Shown here: in pieces, positions 10,489 to 18,310 of the stretch
How positions within the stretch are numbered: the stretch's first letter is position 1
Layout: every line of letters starts with the position of its first letter
Virus record (IMG/VR): IMGVR_UViG_3300022555_000011
Span: 83,381 to 147,380 of that record
Direction: 5' to 3' (one strand)
DNA length: 64,000 nucleotides
Source of the DNA: a virus
Lineage: Duplodnaviria; Heunggongvirae; Uroviricota; Caudoviricetes
The notes under the pieces: generated by a model
Databases searched by the model: none
What the model was told of the DNA's origin: nothing
What the model saw: only the letters and a program-made list of their open reading frames with translations
Made by a program: the position numbers and the translations under genes

Positions 10489-11443
10489 TGAGTTCTTAAA
10501 TCTTCAAAAAGAAGGTGAGATGATCAATGAAGGTTTTATTGGTAAAATGTTCAAAGGTTTATATGCCAGTATTGTGAAATATTCTAAAAATGTTAAAGGG
10601 TCAAAAGAGATAGATAAAGTTTATGTTAACTATCAAAAAGAAGTAGATAAAGCTTTTGCAAAATTTGGAAATATTGGTACAGCGGAAGCAACTAATACTG
10701 CTATTAAAAATACTAATGCTGCACCATCAGGTAGAACCGTAGATAATATAAATATATCTTACGAAATTTCTCAAAAATTATACGAGGCTGATGCTGGCAC
10801 AACTCCGCCAGAGGAAACACCAGAACAACAGGCAAAAAATACTGAAGAACAGAAAACTCTGGCAAATTTAACACCTCAAAAATTAGAGGAAATTTCTAAG
10901 CTAACAAAAAATAGAATTGAAGAATTAAAGAAAGAATTAGAAACTGCAATAAATACAATTGTCTCAAAATTGTCTAAAAATCCAGATTATTCATCAGATA
11001 AATTGTCAAAATATGCAACTATTAAAAAAAATGAATTTAATTCATATGTTTATAATCAATGGTATGGTGTTTATCAAAAGACTGGTGATCAAGCAAAATT
11101 AGAAGAAATAATAAAATCCAAAAAAGCTGCAGAAGCTGCTCTTAAGCAATCAATAGACCAAATAACTTCTAATATATCTGAAACTCAACTTGAAATAAAA
11201 TTAGGTGTTACATATTTATATAAAAATTCAGAAGGTAAAAATATTCAAGTAAAGGTAATTGGTAGATCGGTTGGTAAAAATCAAGACAATGAAGAAACTA
11301 CAAATCCAGAACATAAAACAATGTGGAAAGTTGGCAAAACAGCAGATGAGGTCACTCCAGTGGTAATAAAATTAGATGAAGTTGTGCCAAATGTTAGATT
11401 CTGGGTAGCACCATCAACACTTAAAGCGATACCAACACCTTGA
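10457..11443 (+). CDS. hypothetical protein
   Basis: 328-aa ORF; start region tandemly duplicated upstream. Confidence 0.5.
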   Translation: MINMKNLYSKNEFLNLQKEGEMINEGFIGKMFKGLYASIVKYSKNVKGSKEIDKVYVNYQKEVDKAFAKFGNIGTAEATNTAIKNTNAAPSGRTVDNINISYEISQKLYEADAGTTPPEETPEQQAKNTEEQKTLANLTPQKLEEISKLTKNRIEELKKELETAINTIVSKLSKNPDYSSDKLSKYATIKKNEFNSYVYNQWYGVYQKTGDQAKLEEIIKSKKAAEAALKQSIDQITSNISETQLEIKLGVTYLYKNSEGKNIQVKVIGRSVGKNQDNEETTNPEHKTMWKVGKTADEVTPVVIKLDEVVPNVRFWVAPSTLKAIPTP

Positions 11444-12324
11444 ACAATTTAACACCATATAGTGAATTTTTAACAGAAGGCAACTTGTCTCCTGTATCTA
11501 TTTTTTTAAAAGCTCAGTATAATAATATATTTAAGGAACCAAATCAAAACTTGAATAATTTATTTACTACTTTTATAAAAAAAGCAGATGTAGATAAAAA
11601 TGTTCCAAATTTATATCAAAGATATGTCAGGGCAAGTCAGACAATAATACAAAATGAAATAAATAATGCTGAAACAACTGATGCTATTAATAAATTAGTG
11701 ACAGATGAAATAAAATATTTTTATTTTTCTCTAAAATCTGTTATAAATAAACTTCAGAATGATGAATTTACAATGAAAGGTATATTTAAAGAATCTGGTG
11801 ATAGAGCATTACAATATTTGATGTGTGGTAGTGATGAAAAAGTTGATATGATGCCAGAAGACCAATTTGCTAATGCTGTAACTAATTATATTAATAAACC
11901 AAAAAGTGGTTCAGATCCTGGTGGCGCTATTGCCCAGATAAAAAATAAAGTAGGTTTAGACACCCAACCACAACAGGCAACACCTGCAACAGAAAGTATT
12001 ATGAATAATATTTATAAGATTTTAGAAGCTGATGAACCAGCAACAACAGACCCAGCCGCAGATTTAGTAAAATATAAAAAGAGTGCTATAGAGTGGGTTA
12101 ATAAGTCATTGTTTGACTTATTAAAGCCTAAAATTCAAGTATTAACCAAGTTAGGTGCAACCAATAGCAATAGTGTTGATCAGCTCTCAAAACAGATGAA
12201 AAGTACTACCAATGACAATGCTAAGAAAATGATTATAAATAAAATTATGAATATGGATAAAGTTGAATTGTCAGCGTTAGCAAAATCATTAGGATTTAGT
12301 GAAGAAGAAATAGGACAAATATAA
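11440..12324 (+). CDS. hypothetical protein
   Basis: ATGA overlap with upstream gene. Confidence 0.5.
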   Translation: MNNLTPYSEFLTEGNLSPVSIFLKAQYNNIFKEPNQNLNNLFTTFIKKADVDKNVPNLYQRYVRASQTIIQNEINNAETTDAINKLVTDEIKYFYFSLKSVINKLQNDEFTMKGIFKESGDRALQYLMCGSDEKVDMMPEDQFANAVTNYINKPKSGSDPGGAIAQIKNKVGLDTQPQQATPATESIMNNIYKILEADEPATTDPAADLVKYKKSAIEWVNKSLFDLLKPKIQVLTKLGATNSNSVDQLSKQMKSTTNDNAKKMIINKIMNMDKVELSALAKSLGFSEEEIGQI

Positions 12325-12325
12325 T

Positions 12326-12727
12326 ATGGAAATTAAAAAATTTGAAGCTTATAGAGGACCAGATTTGATGAATTTGAATAGAGATAAATTTATCAACGAA
12401 CTTATAGATCTTTTTACTGATTGTGAAATATTTGGATACACAAGTAATGGAACTAGTTATACAACTGATGAAGAGATTTTAATTGTTTATCTCACTAAAG
12501 AGGTAAAACCTGGTAAATTTGTTAATAAAGCGGTAAAATTGGATCTATCTAATCTTGGAATAGAAATAGGCACTCAAGAATTTGATGATGAAAAAGAAGA
12601 TTTTAATGATTTTATACCAGAAATTAATTTAGACACACCATATGCGCATAAAGTTAAAGAATTTTCTGAACCACTTAGAAAAGAATATGTGCCAATTAAA
12701 AAAAATGTAGGTAAATTTAATATTTAA
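12326..12727 (+). CDS. CTS-like/KFNI family small protein
   Basis: MEIKKFEAYRG ... NVGKFNI. Confidence 0.5.
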   Translation: MEIKKFEAYRGPDLMNLNRDKFINELIDLFTDCEIFGYTSNGTSYTTDEEILIVYLTKEVKPGKFVNKAVKLDLSNLGIEIGTQEFDDEKEDFNDFIPEINLDTPYAHKVKEFSEPLRKEYVPIKKNVGKFNI

Positions 12728-12775
12728 TTTTTTATTCAAATTTTATTATTATCTTTGTATATTAAATCAAAAACT

Positions 12776-12931
12776 ATGAGCCTTTACTTAGAACAAATTG
12801 AACATCTTGAAAGAGCACTTGGTCGTAAGTCCAAGTCTAGAAAGTGGCACAAAAACCAACGTAATCGCAAGATTCGTAGAGTTAAACAAGACGAAGTTCC
12901 TCATATAAAATATAATGGTTGGGAATACTAA
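12776..12931 (+). CDS. small highly basic protein (51 aa), not in ORF track
   Basis: hand translation MSLYLEQIEHLERALGRKSKSRKWHKNQRNRKIRRVKQDEVPHIKYNGWEY; locally GC-richer. Confidence 0.35.
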   Translation: MSLYLEQIEHLERALGRKSKSRKWHKNQRNRKIRRVKQDEVPHIKYNGWEY

Positions 12932-13220
12932 AATGAAAATATTTGATTTTAATTTATTTAAGAAAAAGAAAGAACCAAAACCTAAAACAATATTGAGTGA
13001 CGAAGAAAAATTCAATGTTGAAAATTTTAATGATTGGTTTAATACTATTTACGATGGCTATACTGGTCGTCCTGGTGCACCTGGAATATTTTTGAGAACT
13101 GATAAACTTGGAAATAATATGATTGAAGATTGGTTTGAATATCTAAATGTTGAATATTCATATGCAGAAGTTATTAAAATGCATGAACTGGTCAGATTAA
13201 ATTGGAAATCACAATACTAA
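12915..13220 (+). CDS. hypothetical protein
   Basis: ORF track. Confidence 0.4.
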   Translation: MVGNTKMKIFDFNLFKKKKEPKPKTILSDEEKFNVENFNDWFNTIYDGYTGRPGAPGIFLRTDKLGNNMIEDWFEYLNVEYSYAEVIKMHELVRLNWKSQY

Positions 13221-13221
13221 A

Positions 13222-13971
13222 ATGAAAACATATTCTAAATTTATTGAATTGACAAATAATTTTAAAATTCAAGACTTTCCTTCTGAATTAGTTAATGAAG
13301 GTTTAATAAGAAGTTTTGATTATAATATATTTGTTGATAAATTAAATAAACTGTTTAAAAAATATGGTAAGACCGTTTTAATTGAACAAAGTCATCAAGG
13401 AGTATTAATAACTTTTGAAAATCATGTTTTTAATAAACATTTATATACGGAACTACTTTCATTATTAAATGTTTGCGGCTATGTTATGTCATATTATTAT
13501 TATGAATATTTTGATTTTGATAAAGTAAAGATTGGCAAGGCAGGTGAAAAAGAGATATTTAATAAAAAGTATGATCTAATGATGATAAATATTATAAAAA
13601 AATATGATATTGAAAATTATAAAGGCTTACCAGAATATTTATATCATGTAACCGAAAAAAAATATCTAGAAAAAATACTAAAAAAAGGATTAATACCAAA
13701 AGCAAAAAATAAAATAGAAGAACATCCAGAAAGAATATATTTTACAGATACTATTGATGGCGCAGAAGATTTTAGAGAAATACTTGAAGATAGATTAAAT
13801 TTAAACTTTGATGATATTATCATATTAAAAATTAATACAAAACTATTAAATAAAATAAAATTATATTACGATCCAACTTTTTTCGAAACCGAATATGAGT
13901 ATGAAAATAATTTATATAAAGCATTTTATACTTACGATAATATCTCACCTTATTCAATAGAAATTATATAA
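13222..13971 (+). CDS. CTS-tagged protein, C-terminal domain weakly Tpt1/ADP-ribosyltransferase-like
   Basis: MKTYSKFIELT N-term; YHVTEKKYLEKILKKGLIP...RIYFTD. Confidence 0.45.
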   Translation: MKTYSKFIELTNNFKIQDFPSELVNEGLIRSFDYNIFVDKLNKLFKKYGKTVLIEQSHQGVLITFENHVFNKHLYTELLSLLNVCGYVMSYYYYEYFDFDKVKIGKAGEKEIFNKKYDLMMINIIKKYDIENYKGLPEYLYHVTEKKYLEKILKKGLIPKAKNKIEEHPERIYFTDTIDGAEDFREILEDRLNLNFDDIIILKINTKLLNKIKLYYDPTFFETEYEYENNLYKAFYTYDNISPYSIEII

Positions 13972-13983
13972 CACTAAAATAAA

Positions 13984-14481
13984 ATGGAAAAACTTACTTT
14001 TAAATTTATTAGAGCCGTTGGTTCTATATGGTCTTTGCTTATACATACCATATTGTTTATTGGTTCATTTTGTCTGTATTTTTTAGGTGCTAATTTACAA
14101 AGCATTTTACTTGTTCTTACAACAATTGTTTCACTTGAAGCTATTTATTTGGCTATTTTTATTCAAATGAGTGTTAACTTTCAATCAAAAAAATTGGATT
14201 TGGTACAAGAAGATGTTGAAGATATTCAAGAGGATATGGAAGATATCCAAAAAGATGTTAAAGAAATTCAAAAAGATGTTGATGAAATTCAAGAAGACGT
14301 AGAAGAAATTCAAGAGAATGTAGAAGAGGATGAAGACGAAGATGAGGATGATGATGATTCTGATCTTAAAAAAATTAAAGAAACATTAGAAATTCTTATG
14401 AAAGAAGTTATAGACCTTAAGAAACAATATAAAAATAATAGAATTATTAAAAAAGGTGGCAATGAAGATAAAAAAAGTTAA
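13984..14481 (+). CDS. membrane protein with acidic EDxxEIQ repeats
   Basis: 2 TM then (E/K)DV.EIQ repeats and DEDEDEDDDD. Confidence 0.5.
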   Translation: MEKLTFKFIRAVGSIWSLLIHTILFIGSFCLYFLGANLQSILLVLTTIVSLEAIYLAIFIQMSVNFQSKKLDLVQEDVEDIQEDMEDIQKDVKEIQKDVDEIQEDVEEIQENVEEDEDEDEDDDDSDLKKIKETLEILMKEVIDLKKQYKNNRIIKKGGNEDKKS

Positions 14482-14863
14482 TGAAATATCAGATTCTTCA
14501 GATATAATTAAAATTGAAGGTAAAAAATTTAGTGATAATTCTATTCCAGTAACTAATAGTAGAAAAGTTTTAGATTGGATTGTTAATACTCAATTCAAAA
14601 CTGAGAAAAATTTAATGCAAAATTTAATTGTTGAATTGACTGAACTTTTTGGAACATATAATAGAGGATTAAGGTTAGAGTTTTTAACAAAATTGTGGAT
14701 TTTAAAATATAAAGACATAACATTTAATGTTTTTACTGCAAAAGGTAAAGGAACATCAATTGAAATTGTTGATCAAGAATTTGAAGATATTAGATTTGGT
14801 AAGAAAGACAAAGAAATTATTGAATTTTTAGAAAAATTAACAATATTAGTAAATAAAAAATAA
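14456..14863 (+). CDS. hypothetical protein (MKIKKVNE N-term family)
   Basis: shares MKIKKVNE with 15078..15521. Confidence 0.45.
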   Translation: MAMKIKKVNEISDSSDIIKIEGKKFSDNSIPVTNSRKVLDWIVNTQFKTEKNLMQNLIVELTELFGTYNRGLRLEFLTKLWILKYKDITFNVFTAKGKGTSIEIVDQEFEDIRFGKKDKEIIEFLEKLTILVNKK

Positions 14864-15073
14864 ATGATAAAAGAAAAAGATAGAGTTATAGTTGACCTTG
14901 AAGTATATGATAAAGTAAAAGAATTTGGAAATCAAAATGAAATTATAAGTAGAACAAAAAATGGAATAAAGGCAACTGTAATTTTTCATAACAACAAAAG
15001 AGGATACGCAACAATACAATTTGATGATGATTTTTATTGTGGAATTGATACACAAGCATTAAAAATAATTTAA
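14864..15073 (+). CDS. hypothetical small protein
   Basis: ORF track. Confidence 0.4.
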   Translation: MIKEKDRVIVDLEVYDKVKEFGNQNEIISRTKNGIKATVIFHNNKRGYATIQFDDDFYCGIDTQALKII

Positions 15074-15077
15074 TAAT

Positions 15078-15521
15078 ATGAAAATTAAAAAAGTAAACGA
15101 GATGAAAAATTCTGATAATTTCATAGAATGGATCAATAATAGATCAGATAAAGATGAAATTATTGACATTTTGCAATTAGAAGGTGAAGAAGTTAGTCCA
15201 AATGTTTATGATTTTTATGGTGATATGATTAGTGGTGTAAAAATTGATGTCGACGAATTAGAAGGCTTTGGTACTTCTTGTGGTCGAAAAGATAATACCT
15301 GTTTTGATAATGAAATTATAGATTATCTTAAAGAATCTGGTGTAGATTATATTGTATCTACAATATTTTTAAATGAGCCAAATAAACTTGGACACTGTTT
15401 AATACCTTTTAAAAATGAAAAAGCGGCAAGAAAATTTTCAAAAATGATAGATGCTAGACTTGGGTCTTTATCCAGTCAAGGTGAAGTTAACGATGAATAT
15501 TTTTTCTTTGAAACTGAATAA
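15078..15521 (+). CDS. hypothetical protein (MKIKKVNE N-term family)
   Basis: ORF track; followed by terminator. Confidence 0.5.
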   Translation: MKIKKVNEMKNSDNFIEWINNRSDKDEIIDILQLEGEEVSPNVYDFYGDMISGVKIDVDELEGFGTSCGRKDNTCFDNEIIDYLKESGVDYIVSTIFLNEPNKLGHCLIPFKNEKAARKFSKMIDARLGSLSSQGEVNDEYFFFETE

Positions 15522-15534
15522 AAAATAATTTATA

Positions 15535-15563
15535 AAAAAACACCTTTTTAAGGTGTTTTTTGT
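15535..15563. terminator. bidirectional intrinsic terminator
   Basis: AAAAACACCTTTTTAAGGTGTTTTTTG. Confidence 0.65.
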
Positions 15564-15841
15564 TAAACTAATGTCAAAGAACCACTAGTAAATTCATATT
15601 CAAATGGTCCTTCATAGATAGATTGTTCATCGCTGTGAATATATACTACACTAGAAGTCATAAACCAAGTACAACAAACCAAATCTCCATCAATTGAACT
15701 GATAGTCATTTTAGGACCACCAGAGTTTAATGTAACAACATCACCTACTTTAAATTCATTCATAATATTTTTTATTTTAATATATAAGATATTATTTATA
15801 ATGTTTATGGAAAAATAAAATAAACTTTTAAAATTTTTCAA
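15563..15841 (-). CDS. hypothetical protein
   Basis: ORF track. Confidence 0.45.
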   Translation of the reverse strand: MKNFKSLFYFSINIINNILYIKIKNIMNEFKVGDVVTLNSGGPKMTISSIDGDLVCCTWFMTSSVVYIHSDEQSIYEGPFEYEFTSGSLTLV

Positions 15842-15986
15842 TATATACTAAAAACAATCAAAAATAGAAAAAAATGACTTTTTTTGATAAATATATAGAA
15901 TTATATTTTTTTATTTGGAAAAAGTCTTTATCTTTGTACAGAAATTAAGAATATAAAAAAACAAAACAAGATAATAAATAGAAATT

Positions 15987-16091
15987 ATGAAAAACATTAG
16001 GACAAATACAGCGACAGTGGCAACGACAACAACAGCCCCCGTAGGAGGCAGACCAGTCAGACTACGCTCAGGTGTATTGTACCTAATTTAA
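15987..16091 (+). CDS. possible 34-aa peptide preceding tRNA array
   Basis: hand translation MKNIRTNTATVATTTTAPVGGRPVRLRSGVLYLI; GC-rich; followed by terminator. Confidence 0.2.
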   Translation: MKNIRTNTATVATTTTAPVGGRPVRLRSGVLYLI

Positions 16092-16117
16092 TATATAGTT
16101 TAATTAGTTATCAAAAA

Positions 16118-16148
16118 AACCTGAGTTGTCAACCAACTCAGGTTTTTT
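16118..16148 (+). terminator. intrinsic terminator before tRNA array
   Basis: ACCTGAGTTGTCAACCAACTCAGGTTTTTTG. Confidence 0.65.
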
Positions 16149-16164
16149 GTTTTTAGTAAGTTAT

Positions 16165-16254
16165 CTAATAGTGGAGGAGTCAGGTTTACCTCGCTTGATT
16201 TGGGATCAAGAGGCAACGAAAGTTCATACGTGGGTTCGAATCCCACCTATTAGA
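16165..16254 (+). tRNA. tRNA-Pro(TGG)-like with class-II-like 19-nt variable arm
   Basis: acceptor CTAATAG/CTATTAG, anticodon arm CTTGA-TTTGGGA-TCAAG, T-arm GTGGG-TTCGAAT-CCCAC, discriminator A. Confidence 0.5.
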
Positions 16255-16316
16255 CAAGCTAGACTGTTAGAATTTCATAGACCGTTCAGAAAACGGAAGC
16301 TTAGAAATTCAGTTAT

Positions 16317-16391
16317 CGGGGTGTACTGCAGCTGGTTATACTACGGTGTTCTGGAAACATCGGTCCGCAGGTTCGAATCCTGTCACCCCGA
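16317..16391 (+). tRNA. tRNA-like, isotype uncertain (anticodon loop TCTGGAA, poor D-stem)
   Basis: perfect 7-bp acceptor CGGGGTG/CACCCCG, T-arm GCAGG-TTCGAAT-CCTGT. Confidence 0.35.
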
Positions 16392-16399
16392 CAAAAAAT

Positions 16400-16478
16400 G
16401 GTCCTGTATTGGCTCCGCCTTCTAAGCGAGATGTGCATAATGGAAATGAAAATGTGGGTTCGAGTCCCACCTGGATCA
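16400..16478 (+). tRNA. tRNA-like element A (paralog of 20881..20959), non-canonical interior
   Basis: T-arm GTGGG-TTCGAGT-CCCAC, acceptor GGTCCTG/CTGGATC with one T:T mismatch. Confidence 0.3.
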
Positions 16479-16494
16479 CTAAAAAATAATTGTT

Positions 16495-16746
16495 ATGAAT
16501 AAAGATGAATTTGTGAAATGGTTAGATGAAGATAGTAGTTTTTCAAGATCATATATAAATGATAATGATAATTGGGAAGAATTACAGAATTATGCAGAAT
16601 TTATTTTTGACTATTTGGAAGTAAATGAAAATTCTGCAACATTTAAATGGGAAGAATGGTATTGGGGTGGTAGAGAATATAGATCAACAGAATATTCATT
16701 TGACGAATTTATTGAAAGATATAATAATTTTGAATTAAGAAACTAA
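16495..16746 (+). CDS. hypothetical protein embedded in tRNA array
   Basis: ORF track, 83 aa. Confidence 0.45.
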   Translation: MNKDEFVKWLDEDSSFSRSYINDNDNWEELQNYAEFIFDYLEVNENSATFKWEEWYWGGREYRSTEYSFDEFIERYNNFELRN

Positions 16747-16810
16747 AAATTTCTTGTTCTTTGACATATTTAAGATTTAGAATTAGTGAAGATGTGAATC
16801 TTCACAAATT

Positions 16811-16887
16811 GGGGACGTAGCTCAATTGGCTAGAGCACTTGATTTGCATTCAAGAGGTTGGGATATCGTTCATCCTCGTCTCCACCA
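16811..16887 (+). tRNA. tRNA-Ala(TGC), CCA encoded
   Basis: GGGGACG acceptor with G3:U70, D-arm GCTC-AATTGGCTA-GAGC, anticodon loop TTTGCAT, 3' CGTCTCC-A-CCA. Confidence 0.6.
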
Positions 16888-16888
16888 T

Positions 16889-16961
16889 GGGTCATTGGTG
16901 AAGTTGACTATCACAGGAGTTTTGCACTCTCCAGTCACGGGTTTGATGCCCGTATGTATCC
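16889..16961 (+). pseudogene. degenerate tRNA-Ala-like pseudo-tRNA in tandem
   Basis: GGGTCAT...GTGA/TCAC D-stem, anticodon loop TTTGCAC, aberrant T-loop TTTGATG, 2 acceptor mismatches. Confidence 0.3.
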
Positions 16962-17029
16962 ACGATGTAGGGTTTTACGATTTTATATTTCCTTGAAACT
17001 TTTATAGTTGAGAAAGAAAAATCGAATTT

Positions 17030-17102
17030 GCAATTGTAGTTCAGTAGGTAGAATGCATCTGTGGTATAGATGATGTCGTGGGTTCGATTCCCACCTTTTG
17101 CT
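17030..17102 (+). tRNA. tRNA-Thr(GGT)
   Basis: TAGTTCAGTAGGTAGAAT D-arm, anticodon arm CATCT-GTGGTAT-AGATG, T-loop TTCGATT; 2 T:T mismatches in acceptor. Confidence 0.45.
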
Positions 17103-17158
17103 CTAAAATAAAGAAAACAAAAATGCTTTTTTGTTATATATAATAATAAAAAGTAAAT

Positions 17159-17842
17159 ATGAAATGGATAAAAGAATTAGATGAAAAAATAATAAATTTG
17201 GTTAAAAATGGCAAATCTTATAATGAAATTTCAGATGAAATTAATATGTCACCAAATTCTATTAGAAATAGATGTTTTAGATTAAATATAAAAAGTAGTA
17301 GTTATAAGAAAGATAAGACAAAAAAATTTTATTGTGTAGAATGCAATAAAGAATTTATTGATAATAAAGATAAAAATAGAAAATTTTGTAGTAATAGTTG
17401 TTCTGCAATATTTAATAATAAAACAATAACTAGAAAAAAAGTTACAGAAATTAAATTATGTTTAAATTGTAAATGTGAACTAGTTAATAAAAATAGTAAA
17501 TATTGTTCACAAAAATGTCAAATAGAATTTCAAACTGATAATCTTATAGAAAAATGGAAAAATGGTGAAATTGATGGTAACACTGGTATTAATAAAGAAG
17601 GTTTGTCTGTAACAATACGCAAATATATTATTAAAAAATATAACAATAAATGTTCAGTGTGTGGTTGGAATGAAGTTAATATTTTTACAGGTGTTGTCCC
17701 ATTAGAGGTTGACCATATTGATGGTAATCATTTAAATAGTAAAGAAGAAAATTTAAGACCTCTTTGTCCATCTTGTCATTCATTAACTGAATTTTATGGT
17801 GGTAGAAATAAAGGTAGAGGAAGAAAATATAGAAGAAAATAA
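17159..17842 (+). CDS. HNH homing endonuclease with tandem N-terminal zinc ribbons
   Basis: C..C...FCSNSCSAIFNN x2; EVDHIDGNHLN...LRPLCPSCHS. Confidence 0.7.
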   Translation: MKWIKELDEKIINLVKNGKSYNEISDEINMSPNSIRNRCFRLNIKSSSYKKDKTKKFYCVECNKEFIDNKDKNRKFCSNSCSAIFNNKTITRKKVTEIKLCLNCKCELVNKNSKYCSQKCQIEFQTDNLIEKWKNGEIDGNTGINKEGLSVTIRKYIIKKYNNKCSVCGWNEVNIFTGVVPLEVDHIDGNHLNSKEENLRPLCPSCHSLTEFYGGRNKGRGRKYRRK

Positions 17843-17844
17843 TT

Positions 17845-17930
17845 GCGAGAGTCGCATAGTGGTCGATTGCGCCAGCCTTCCAAGCTGGAAAGATAATATC
17901 ACACCGAGGGTTCGAATCCCTTTTCTCGCT
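17845..17930 (+). tRNA. tRNA-Gly(TCC) with class-II-like architecture (3-bp D-stem, about 16-nt variable arm)
   Basis: GCGAGAG acceptor, D-arm GCA-TAGTGGTCGAT-TGC, anticodon arm CCAGC-CTTCCAA-GCTGG (as in E. coli Gly-UCC), discriminator T. Confidence 0.5.
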
Positions 17931-17936
17931 CGTTTT

Positions 17937-18024
17937 GCAGTAATCTCCTAGTGGCCGATGGAACTGGGTTGCCAATCCAGTTAGTGAAAGCGCATCGTGG
18001 GTTCGAATCCCACTTACTGCTCCA
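17937..18024 (+). tRNA. tRNA-Gly(GCC) with class-II-like architecture, CCA encoded
   Basis: GCAGTAA/TTACTGC acceptor, D-arm TCC-TAGTGGCCGAT-GGA, anticodon arm CTGGG-TTGCCAA-TCCAG, 16-nt variable region, T-arm GTGGG-TTCGAAT-CCCAC, T-CCA. Confidence 0.55.
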
Positions 18025-18199
18025 AATTAAAATTAAAAATTATGAGTTCTAAAAACAAAAAAAGAAAAGAAAAAAATTGTTATTCAAATCATGGCTTTGC
18101 TTTGAAAGTAAGCGATATGAAATTGAAAAGATTACTTTATTTTAATGCTTCTATGAGAAGAAAAAATAATAAATTTGAAATAGAATAAAATATTAAAAT

Positions 18200-18275
18200 G
18201 CATCCTTCGCTTAGTTGGTTTTAAAGCATCTGTTTTACACACAGAGGATCGGCGGTTCGAATCCGTCAGGATGTA
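18200..18275 (+). tRNA. tRNA-Val(TAC)
   Basis: GCATCCT acceptor, D-arm GCTT-AGTTGGTTTTA-AAGC, anticodon arm TCTGT-TTTACAC-ACAGA, T-arm GGCGG-TTCGAAT-CCGTC. Confidence 0.6.
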
Positions 18276-18310
18276 CAAAATAAAAAGCAAATAAAAGACA
18301 AAGATGTGAT

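Noticed and set aside
16126-16425. ORFs overlapping the tRNA array (16126..16425, 17685..17975, 17997..18188, 18132..18320, 19584..19766, 20486..20671, 20833..21033)
   Set aside because: They run through tRNA genes, have no start context, and have GC-skewed odd composition. The reading frames are explained by the tRNA sequences.
16400-16478. tmRNA interpretation of the tRNA-like elements
   Set aside because: At about 80 nt they are far too short, and there is no tag-peptide reading frame.
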